Positions 56,525 through 64,000 of a DNA stretch of 64,000 nucleotides are shown piece after piece; the stretch's first letter is position 1; each line of letters starts with the position of its first letter. The stretch is from an uncultured Candidatus Saccharibacteria bacterium (lineage in GTDB: Bacteria > Patescibacteriota > Minisyncoccia > Phycocordibacterales > UBA918): assembly GCA_964402035.1 (NCBI GenBank), contig CAYOAM010000001.1, positions 24,261 through 88,260 on the forward strand. Direction: 5' to 3'. Below the pieces are notes generated by a model. It worked only from the letters and a program-made list of their open reading frames with translations. It was not told the origin of the DNA and made no database searches. The translations under genes were made by a program, and so were the position numbers.

Positions 56525-57796
56525 ATGCTAGATATCAAATTCATTCGCGAAAACGTTGAACTTTTTAAAGAGGGTGCAAAAAAGAAGCACCTCACGGTTG
56601 ATTTTGATGCACTCATTACTCTCGATGATAAACGTCGCGCTATTCTCCTTTCGGTTGAGGCAAAGAAGGCAGAACAGAATCGAGTCTCTGGTGATATAGC
56701 GCGACTAAAGGAGCCTAGTGCTCGTGAGCAGCTGGTTGCTGAGATGAAAGTGCTTAAAGAAGAAATACAGGCAGAAGAAGAGGAGTTGAAAGTTGTGATG
56801 AAAGATTGGCAGTTACTTATGGTGCAGGTGCCAAATATTCCTGATATGTCAGTACCGGAAGGTGCTGACGATAGCGGAAATGTCGAAGTACGTACCTGGG
56901 GTGACATCCCTCAGTTTGCATTTGAACCAAAGAGTCATGTGGAGCTCATGCTCGCGCACAACATGGCCGATTTTGAACGAGGTACCAAGGTTGCTGGTTT
57001 CCGTGGATATTTCCTATCAGGAGCCGGTGCCTTACTCAACTTTGCCCTATGGAATTTTGCTTTTGATTTTATTTCTAAGCGCGATCCACGGTTTATACCA
57101 TTGTTGGTACCATCACTCATTCGTCGAGAACCATTTCTTGGTACCGGGTACTTGCCACAAAGTGAAGAAGATCTGTATAAGACCCAGGATGGGGAATATC
57201 TGGCAGGTACATCCGAAGTAGGTGCAATGGCATACTATATGGACGAAGTGGTGCCGCTTGATGCGCTGCCGATAAAATTTTTCTGTTTTTCACCATGTTT
57301 TAGGCGCGAAGCAGGTAGTCATGGAAAAGATACCAAAGGACTGATGCGTGTTCACGAATTTTTTAAGTTTGAACAAGTAATCCTCTGCGAAGCCCGACAT
57401 GAAGAGTCAGTACGATTTCATGAAGAGCTGACCGCAAATGCTGAGGCGTTGATGCAGGCGCTCAAGATCCCTCACCATGTCGTAGTAAATTGTGGTGGAG
57501 ATTTAGGCCTCGGGCAAGTAAAAAAATATGATATTGAGGCATGGGTACCGAGTGAAAAACGGTATCGCGAGACGCATTCTGCATCTTACTTCCACGATTT
57601 TCAAACACGACGCCTCAATATTCGCTATCGCGATGCTGAGGGGCACATGCGCTTTGCTCACTCACTCAACAATACTGCAGCCGCAACTCCGCGACTCTTG
57701 ATACCGCTTATTGAAAACAATCAGCGCGCTGATGGTAGTATCGCAATCCCCGAAGTCTTGCAACCGTATATGGGAGGTAGGACCGAAATCGCGTAA
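56525..57796 (+). CDS. serS: seryl-tRNA synthetase
   Basis: MLDIKFIRENVE N-terminal coiled-coil arm and class II motifs (FRRE, GTSEV, ...). 423 aa. Confidence 0.92.
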   Translation: MLDIKFIRENVELFKEGAKKKHLTVDFDALITLDDKRRAILLSVEAKKAEQNRVSGDIARLKEPSAREQLVAEMKVLKEEIQAEEEELKVVMKDWQLLMVQVPNIPDMSVPEGADDSGNVEVRTWGDIPQFAFEPKSHVELMLAHNMADFERGTKVAGFRGYFLSGAGALLNFALWNFAFDFISKRDPRFIPLLVPSLIRREPFLGTGYLPQSEEDLYKTQDGEYLAGTSEVGAMAYYMDEVVPLDALPIKFFCFSPCFRREAGSHGKDTKGLMRVHEFFKFEQVILCEARHEESVRFHEELTANAEALMQALKIPHHVVVNCGGDLGLGQVKKYDIEAWVPSEKRYRETHSASYFHDFQTRRLNIRYRDAEGHMRFAHSLNNTAAATPRLLIPLIENNQRADGSIAIPEVLQPYMGGRTEIA

Positions 57797-57807
57797 TATG
57801 TGGGTGT

Positions 57808-58743
57808 ATGGCTTGGTTTACAAAAAGCACGATTCGATCGCGCCGCAGGGAAGTGCGTCAAAATAGAAAAAGGCTTATCGCTTCAAGTCTGGGCGCTTTG
57901 GCAGTGCTCCTGTTAGCAGGTGGTGTTTTTTATGGAGCTCGCCGAGAAGCCGTCACTATTTCGCACATTACGGTCGCTGGAGGTGCAACAGTCCCTCATG
58001 ATCTCATTGAAGAGCGTGTTGAGACCGTTCTTTCTGGTACGTATGCATTATTTATACCGCGACGTTTTTCTTTTTTATTCCCGAGAGAAGAGATCATCGA
58101 GGCGCTCAATAGTATTCCTCGCGTCCATAATGCTAACGTTGTACGTTCCTCTCGTGACACACTCAACGTCTCATTTGAAGAGTACGTTCCGAACGCGCTC
58201 TGGTGCGCAGATGCATCGAGTACCCAGTGCTACTTTATAGACGTGCAGGGTTTGGCGTATGCTGAGGCTCCGGCATTGCAGGGGGAAACCTTGGTGCGAT
58301 TTATTCGCGAAGAAAAAGCACCAGTGCGCGGCGAGTATGTGTACGATACAGAAAAGCTCCTTTCGCTCCGCCAGCTCTCGCAGGTCGTGCGTGACACATA
58401 CGCGCTACGGGTGCGGTCTATCACGGAAACCAAAGACCATGATCTGGTGATGCGTCTCACTGATGGTGTGAGTCTATTGATGCCGTATGATACACAGAGT
58501 GACGATGTAGTTGAAAAAATTGCCTCCATTTTAAGCGCAAAAGAATTTGAAGGTTTAGCATTGCGTGATTTTGAATATATTGACGTCCGCTTTGGAAATA
58601 AGGTATATGTACGGAAGCTTGGAGCACTTGAAGAGATTGCCGCGAAGGAAGCCGCAGAGCTAGAAAAGCAAAACATGCAGGATAGCCTATTGCCAGGAGA
58701 TGATGAAGAAGTGAGGACTTCGACAAGCACAAGTACCCGTTAA
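57808..58743 (+). CDS. cell division protein FtsQ/DivIB-like (POTRA domain)
   Basis: Basic cytoplasmic N-terminus, one TM (LGALAVLLLAGGVFYGA), POTRA-like ISHITVAGGATVPHDLIEERVE, and an acidic tail. Confidence 0.5.
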   Translation: MAWFTKSTIRSRRREVRQNRKRLIASSLGALAVLLLAGGVFYGARREAVTISHITVAGGATVPHDLIEERVETVLSGTYALFIPRRFSFLFPREEIIEALNSIPRVHNANVVRSSRDTLNVSFEEYVPNALWCADASSTQCYFIDVQGLAYAEAPALQGETLVRFIREEKAPVRGEYVYDTEKLLSLRQLSQVVRDTYALRVRSITETKDHDLVMRLTDGVSLLMPYDTQSDDVVEKIASILSAKEFEGLALRDFEYIDVRFGNKVYVRKLGALEEIAAKEAAELEKQNMQDSLLPGDDEEVRTSTSTSTR

Positions 58744-58751
58744 CCCGTTCT

Positions 58752-59750
58752 ATGTTTTGGGAAAAACTCACTAAACCATTTTTTGTATTAGCACCGATGG
58801 CAGACGTTACGGATGCTGCTTTTCGCTTGCTTATTGCAAAGTACAGTGCGCACACTCGGAGTGACGGCACGGTGGGAGGGCCCGATGTGATGTGGACTGA
58901 ATTTGTCTCGGCTGACGGTTTAGTGCTTGCCCCAGAAGAGGGAAAACAGAAACTGCTCAAGGATTTACTTTATACGGAAGCAGAGCGCCCTATCGTTGCG
59001 CAACTTTTTTCGTCATCGCCAGCACATATGGAAGCGGCTGCCGCCATGGCCCTCGCACTTGGTTTTGATGGCGTGGATATCAATATGGGGTGCCCGGATA
59101 AATCCATTGAGAAACAAGGATGCGGTGCCGCCATGATCAAAAATCCCCCAAATGCTATCGCTGTTATTGAGGCAGCAATCCGTGGCGCGACATCAGATAA
59201 AAAAACTATTCCAGTATCGGTAAAAACGCGTCTGGGGTACAACATGGATGAACTTGAGACGTGGTTGCCTGCGATACTCTCTACTAACGTAGCGGCTGTC
59301 ACTATCCATGCGCGAACGCGAAAAGATATGTCAGATGTTCCAGCGCGGTGGGAGCGTATTGCGCGTGCTGTCGAGATACGCAACGCTTTGGGTTCGCCCG
59401 CGCGCATCATTGGAAATGGCGATGCGCTTTCAATTGCTGATGCAAAAGATAAAGCGTTGCAGTCAGGGGCAGACGGAGTGATGTTGGGGAGGGCTATTTT
59501 TGGCAACCCATGGCTCTTCCATCCGGAGCATGATCTTTCTAATGTTTCGATCGAAGAGCGTCTGCGAGTCATGGTCGAGCATACGCACCTTTTTGAAAAG
59601 CTTTTGCCACACAAAAACTTTGCAACGATGAAAAAGCACTACAAGGCGTATGTGAATGGTTTTGATGGGGCCAAAGAATTGCGTGTGCGTTTGATGGAAG
59701 CAGCAGATGCAAATGAGATAGAGCGTATTATTCAAGACTTCTTGCAATGA
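58752..59750 (+). CDS. tRNA-dihydrouridine synthase
   Basis: LAPMADVTDAAFR, FDGVDINMGCPDKSIEKQGCGAAMIKNP (catalytic Cys region), and a TIM-barrel Dus pattern. Confidence 0.85.
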   Translation: MFWEKLTKPFFVLAPMADVTDAAFRLLIAKYSAHTRSDGTVGGPDVMWTEFVSADGLVLAPEEGKQKLLKDLLYTEAERPIVAQLFSSSPAHMEAAAAMALALGFDGVDINMGCPDKSIEKQGCGAAMIKNPPNAIAVIEAAIRGATSDKKTIPVSVKTRLGYNMDELETWLPAILSTNVAAVTIHARTRKDMSDVPARWERIARAVEIRNALGSPARIIGNGDALSIADAKDKALQSGADGVMLGRAIFGNPWLFHPEHDLSNVSIEERLRVMVEHTHLFEKLLPHKNFATMKKHYKAYVNGFDGAKELRVRLMEAADANEIERIIQDFLQ

Positions 59751-59777
59751 CTGCATATTGCGTGCTTTTGCGAGGCG

Positions 59778-60461
59778 GTGTACGTTGTAGAGAGATCCAT
59801 AGCTCAGGAAAGGGTTCCAATGTTCGAAAGTGGTTTGATGATTGCCCGAGAATGTTTGCGAAAGGGTTTCTTCCACATTGATTGTTTGGAGCCCTTTACA
59901 CTCACTTCCGGTCTTCTATCGCCTGTATTGTGGGATGGGCAAGGTGTTCTCAGTGATCCTCTCTTGCGGCAGCTCGTGGTGCGGGCATGTGTCGCAAGGT
60001 TACCAACGGACAACAGTGTACATACGATCGCAAGTGTTCCAACGGGTGGCATTGCTTTGAGTGCAATGGTTGCAAGTACCGCAGGTCTAGGGTTACTGCA
60101 ACCAAGAAAGATAGCGAAAGTGCATGGTCTTCGCAAATCGATTGAAGGCGGTTTGATAAAAGGTAAAGGCATCTATGTCTATGAGGATGTCTTTACTCGT
60201 GGGGTATCGGCACTTGAAGTCGTGAGGCAGTTACAAGCGGCAGGTGGAAACGTTTTGGCTTGTACCGCTATGTACGCACACAATTCTACAATGGTGGAGC
60301 GAACATTTTGGGGATCAAAAGTAGCCGTAGCCTCGCTCGTTTCATTTGAAGATATCATTCGCGCTCTTCGCGAAGTACAATTCCCCAAAGATACAATCGA
60401 TGAAATCAAAACCTGGCAACGTGATCCTGAAAAATGGTCGGAGCTACGTCGGCAAAAGTGA
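59778..60461 (+). CDS. type I phosphoribosyltransferase, orotate-PRTase-like
   Basis: FTLTSGLLSPVLWDGQ (OPRT-like F-x-L-x-SG-x-x-SP-x-Y-x-D) and the PRPP-binding IYVYEDVFTRGVS. Confidence 0.55.
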   Translation: MYVVERSIAQERVPMFESGLMIARECLRKGFFHIDCLEPFTLTSGLLSPVLWDGQGVLSDPLLRQLVVRACVARLPTDNSVHTIASVPTGGIALSAMVASTAGLGLLQPRKIAKVHGLRKSIEGGLIKGKGIYVYEDVFTRGVSALEVVRQLQAAGGNVLACTAMYAHNSTMVERTFWGSKVAVASLVSFEDIIRALREVQFPKDTIDEIKTWQRDPEKWSELRRQK

Positions 60462-60524
60462 TAATGTTTAATTGGATAGGGACTATAGCAGCGCAATTAC
60501 GAGCGCTGTTTTTTTGTACACGGT

Positions 60525-60860
60525 ATGCTCGAGAATGTATCTAAAATCTGCTACACTATACCTATGAGCGAGGTATTGCAGGCCAATGTATTTTTTGTGA
60601 TCACATCGATCGCGGTTGTGGCACTTACCATCTTTGTATGTGTGGCGCTCTATTACCTCATACGCATACTAAGAAATGTTCGTGATGTAACCGATCGCCT
60701 CAAGCGTGGTACTGAGCAGATCGCGGAAGACGTCATGTCGATGCGGTCGTTCGTGCATGAGGGTGTCATTGGCCTTGTTAAGTCTTCATTCAGTCGGTTT
60801 ACAGGTAAAAAAAGTTCGCGGAAAGGTACGAAGGACACCATCGATGTGGAGGAAGCTTAA
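60525..60860 (+). CDS. small membrane protein (111 aa)
   Basis: One TM (VFFVITSIAVVALTIFVCVALYYLI), then a charged tail. Confidence 0.4.
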   Translation: MLENVSKICYTIPMSEVLQANVFFVITSIAVVALTIFVCVALYYLIRILRNVRDVTDRLKRGTEQIAEDVMSMRSFVHEGVIGLVKSSFSRFTGKKSSRKGTKDTIDVEEA

Positions 60861-60885
60861 TGGTATACAAGTAATATAAAACTAT

Positions 60886-61302
60886 ATGGCCAAGAAAATT
60901 GAGTCAAAGAATCACAATGCAGGGATTGGCATCGGGGTAGGAGTCACGGCAGCACTCGTCGGTGCCGCAGGTGCATATTTCCTATACGGTAGCAAAGACG
61001 CAGCAAAAAATCGCAAAGCAGTTAAAAGTTGGACGCTCAAAGCAAAAGCCGAAGTACTTGAAGGTATTGAAAAAGCTAAAGACATGACCAAGGAAGACTA
61101 TGAAGAATTGATCAATAAGTCCGTCAAGACCTATAGCAAGCTCAAGGGCGCAAGCGCTGAGGAACTCGTATCATTTGGCAAAGAAATGAAAGCGCATTGG
61201 AAGAACCTTGAAAAGAAAGGTGTTGCAGCAACGGCGGCTCCCAAAAAAGCAGCAAAGAAAATGGTAAAGAAAGTTGCGGCAAAGATTGAAAAAGCGGTAT
61301 AA
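60886..61302 (+). CDS. hypothetical Lys-rich protein with an N-terminal hydrophobic segment (YtxH-like?)
   Basis: GIGIGVGVTAALVGAAGAYFLY, then K/E-rich helical sequence. Confidence 0.35.
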   Translation: MAKKIESKNHNAGIGIGVGVTAALVGAAGAYFLYGSKDAAKNRKAVKSWTLKAKAEVLEGIEKAKDMTKEDYEELINKSVKTYSKLKGASAEELVSFGKEMKAHWKNLEKKGVAATAAPKKAAKKMVKKVAAKIEKAV

Positions 61303-61316
61303 GTTTGTGGTAGGTA

Positions 61317-62213
61317 GTGGGTGGTAACGTTCTTAAGTATTGGGTTACTATGTCACGATTAAAACAGCTCCTCTTTTTAGTTGGATCTGTTTTTCTTGTA
61401 TGGGGTGGAATATGGTACTTGCGATCACTTGGTGGAGAAGGCATTTCTGTGCCCCAATTTATTGTTGCAGAACACGATCCCGAGATATCTGCTGACGCCT
61501 GGCTTCTCTTTGATATGGAGACGGGAGAGATTATCAAAGACCACAATGCATCAAAAAAAGTACCCATTGCATCGGTGACAAAACTTATGACGGCTGAGGT
61601 TGCGGTCACGTCGCTTGATCTTGATGCAACGACAACGGTATCGTGGTCCGCGATTCAAACCGATGGCCGCGCTGGACGATTGAGGGCGGGTGAGAGAATC
61701 CAGACCCGCGAGCTATTGTTTCCGCTACTGCTTGAATCATCAAACGATGCCGCAGAAGAAATTGCGGAACAATACAAAAAAAATGGCAGCTTGTCCGGAG
61801 CAATGACCCGTGAAGCAAGAAATCTTGGCATGCACGAATCTTCGTTTGCTGATGCGAGTGGTTTAGCTGACGGAAATACATCAACGGCTGTGGATCTGTC
61901 TATATTGCTTCGACACCTTTTTAATAAACAACGATATCTGTTAGATATTACGACCTTGCCACAATACGTGGGGAAGGAGCATGATTGGCTCAACAATAAT
62001 CCCGTGCATGACGAATGGGGGTATCTTGGAGGAAAACATGGCTACACCGAGGAGGCGGGACGCACATTTGCCGGTGTTTTTTTAGAACATTTAAAAGGTG
62101 GTGATAAGCGCGAGATTGGTATGGTGTTGCTGCATAGTGATGATATACGTAGTGATGTGCGTACACTCCGTACCTATCTGCGCGAGGAGGTTGCGTACGC
62201 TGTTGCCCTGTAG
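61317..62213 (+). CDS. D-alanyl-D-alanine carboxypeptidase (peptidase S11, PBP5-like)
   Basis: SVTKLMT (SxxK), ESSNDAA (SxN) and GGKHGYT (a KTG-like triad position) after a signal/TM segment. Confidence 0.6.
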   Translation: MGGNVLKYWVTMSRLKQLLFLVGSVFLVWGGIWYLRSLGGEGISVPQFIVAEHDPEISADAWLLFDMETGEIIKDHNASKKVPIASVTKLMTAEVAVTSLDLDATTTVSWSAIQTDGRAGRLRAGERIQTRELLFPLLLESSNDAAEEIAEQYKKNGSLSGAMTREARNLGMHESSFADASGLADGNTSTAVDLSILLRHLFNKQRYLLDITTLPQYVGKEHDWLNNNPVHDEWGYLGGKHGYTEEAGRTFAGVFLEHLKGGDKREIGMVLLHSDDIRSDVRTLRTYLREEVAYAVAL

Positions 62214-62231
62214 CAAGCTCCATCTGCTATA

Positions 62232-63305
62232 ATGCGCGAGTTATTAAACTATATGGGAGAACCTAAAAAGAAAGACATCAATCAAACAGTACTGTACCGA
62301 AAATATCGCCCGTCGTCTTTTGATGCTGTGCGTGGGCAGGATCATGTGACTGCTGCACTCATGGGCGCTATTTCAAAGAATCAGGTACCACATGCGCTCC
62401 TTTTTGCGGGTCCTCGCGGTACGGGGAAGACCAGTGTGGCGCGCATTTTTGCGCGCGAAATAGGCACAAAAGACATTGATATTTACGAAATAGATGCTGC
62501 ATCAAATCGCGGTATCGATGATGTGCGCGCATTGCGTGAAGCAGCACTCACACTGCCGTATGAATCTGAAAGAAAAGTGTACATCATTGATGAGGTACAT
62601 ATGCTTACGAAGGAAGCTTTCAATGCACTCCTTAAAACGCTTGAAGAGCCGCCGCGTCACGTGGTGTTTATACTCGCAACCACCGAGGTTGATGCGCTCC
62701 TCGATACTATTACTTCGCGTTGCCAGGTATATCGTTTCAATGCACCGACGCGAGCCATGCTCCGCGACGTCATTCTCGATGTCGCAAAAAAGGAATCGTT
62801 TACCTTAACACCCGATGGCGCAGATCTTATTGCTATCGCTGCTGACGGATCGTTTCGAGATGCGCTTGGTATAACCCAAAAAGTTATTACTGCATCGACG
62901 GACCCTAAAGCCAATGCTGATGAAGTTGCACGGATTGTCGGAGCACCGCGTGGAGCGCTACTCATGGATATCGTTTTGGGTATTCATGAACGCACCGCAG
63001 AAAAAGCATTGCATGCACTCAAGGAAGCAGGGGAGGCGTCGCTTGATATCAAACTGTTTACACGACTCCTTCTTGAACGTATGCGTGCAGTGATGCTCTT
63101 TCGAAATGCTCCCAAAGATGCAGAGTCATATCTTGTAAACTATACCGCTGAAGATCGTGCATTGATTGAGTCTATAGCTAAAGATCCAAAAACGCCGATC
63201 AATTCTAAAACACTCCTCCGCTTTCTTGAAGCCTCGGAGATGGTGGGGCGTACACATATAGCAGTGTTGCCACTTGAACTTGCAGTTATTGATGTATGCG
63301 TATAG
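62232..63305 (+). CDS. dnaX: DNA polymerase III clamp-loader subunit (gamma/tau-like, short)
   Basis: ALLFAGPRGTGKTSVARIFA Walker A, DEVHMLT Walker B, SRCQ sensor 1. 357 aa. Could alternatively be delta-prime (holB). Confidence 0.6.
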   Translation: MRELLNYMGEPKKKDINQTVLYRKYRPSSFDAVRGQDHVTAALMGAISKNQVPHALLFAGPRGTGKTSVARIFAREIGTKDIDIYEIDAASNRGIDDVRALREAALTLPYESERKVYIIDEVHMLTKEAFNALLKTLEEPPRHVVFILATTEVDALLDTITSRCQVYRFNAPTRAMLRDVILDVAKKESFTLTPDGADLIAIAADGSFRDALGITQKVITASTDPKANADEVARIVGAPRGALLMDIVLGIHERTAEKALHALKEAGEASLDIKLFTRLLLERMRAVMLFRNAPKDAESYLVNYTAEDRALIESIAKDPKTPINSKTLLRFLEASEMVGRTHIAVLPLELAVIDVCV

Positions 63306-63957
63306 CTATATGAAACGCGTCTATTTTGTCCGTCATGGTGAAAGTGAATCCAATATCACCGAGGTGGTGCAGGGACTAAGTGACCCACTTTCACTTGAAG
63401 GGGAACGGCAAGCGCTCCTTATTGCAGAGCGCGCAAAGAATCTTGATTTTGAAATACTACTTTCGAGCGATGCAGTACGTGCACGAAATACCGCAGACGC
63501 CATCTCAAAAGCCACTCAAAAATCAGTGGTAGAGTCTGCACACTTTCGTGAAATACGTCGCCCAACATCTCTCATTGGTATCAGTAATGCTACGGCCGTG
63601 TACAAAGATTTTTTGAAAGCAGAGTATGAGCATCGACAAGATGCTTCGTGGCGATTTGAGGATGAAGAAAATTATCATGATTCGGTGCAGCGCGCACAAG
63701 AAGCGCTTGCGCTCTTGTGCGCGCAAACTGCTGACGATGTCCTAGTGGTGACTCACGGGCATTTCTTGCGCTTCATGCTTGCGGTGATGGTCATGGGGGA
63801 GGCACTGACGCCAGATCTTTGGTATACGTTTGGTAATCGATTTAAAGTCTCCAACACTGGCATCACGACCTGCATCCGTGAACCTATTCCTCGGCAAACA
63901 ACGGATGATGCGTGGCGTATCTTGACATGGAACGATCATGCTCACTTTGCTGAGTAA
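63274..63957 (+). CDS. histidine phosphatase family protein (phosphoglycerate-mutase-like)
   Basis: VYFVRHGESESN (the RHG catalytic motif) and the C-terminal TCIREP...WND. Confidence 0.7.
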   Translation: MNLQLLMYAYSYMKRVYFVRHGESESNITEVVQGLSDPLSLEGERQALLIAERAKNLDFEILLSSDAVRARNTADAISKATQKSVVESAHFREIRRPTSLIGISNATAVYKDFLKAEYEHRQDASWRFEDEENYHDSVQRAQEALALLCAQTADDVLVVTHGHFLRFMLAVMVMGEALTPDLWYTFGNRFKVSNTGITTCIREPIPRQTTDDAWRILTWNDHAHFAE

Positions 63958-64000
63958 TGTACAGCGTACAATAACTGTTTTCTTAGGAATGGTAGGATAT

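Overview
The window is a bacterial chromosomal segment of about 48-50% GC, with housekeeping genes on both strands. The small IF-2, the many TrbC/VirB2-like two-TM proteins and the short gene set suggest a reduced-genome, possibly Patescibacteria/CPR-like lineage; that is inference only. Recognisable core genes are ftsA (partial), ybeY, rpsU, a HisRS-family gene, lepB, pth, rpsA, gyrA, rbfA, infB, a cysteine desulfurase, clpB, miaA, a peroxiredoxin, parB, a rel/spoT homolog, topA, dprA, serS, an ftsQ-like gene, a dus-family gene, dnaX-like, and pyrE/pyrF-like genes. I parsed seven tRNA genes by hand: Leu-UAG, Lys-CUU, Leu-UAA, Cys-GCA, Tyr-GUA, Trp-CCA and Leu-CAA. The unusual content falls in five places. 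First, a ~6 kb, apparently AT-richer island sits between an intact tRNA-Tyr and a displaced 20-nt copy of its 3' end, with no integrase. It encodes a 373-aa alanyl-tRNA-synthetase catalytic-core homolog, an S51 peptidase, a Gfo/Idh/MocA-like oxidoreductase, a 2OG-oxygenase-like protein and a class IV aminotransferase. This looks like a tRNA-integrated amino-acid-modifying or biosynthetic cassette. Second, a tandem array of ~100-130 bp modular hairpin repeat units (18.3-19.4 kb) shows compensatory stem variation, and a conserved three-part hairpin module lies downstream of several tRNA genes. Third, a GIY-YIG endonuclease gene is flanked by duplicated tRNA-Leu(CAA) 5' fragments that each carry a 22-bp perfect palindrome. 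Fourth, a cluster of five TrbC/VirB2-like pilin-type proteins sits at 11.3-15.2 kb. Two larger proteins at 44.3-46.5 kb fuse the same pilin-like N-terminus to lytic-transglycosylase-like and M15-peptidase-like domains. Fifth, two O-antigen-ligase (Wzy_C)-like membrane proteins flank a flippase-like gene. No CRISPR array, rRNA or transposase was seen. All functional calls come from motif recognition by eye; nothing was searched against a database.
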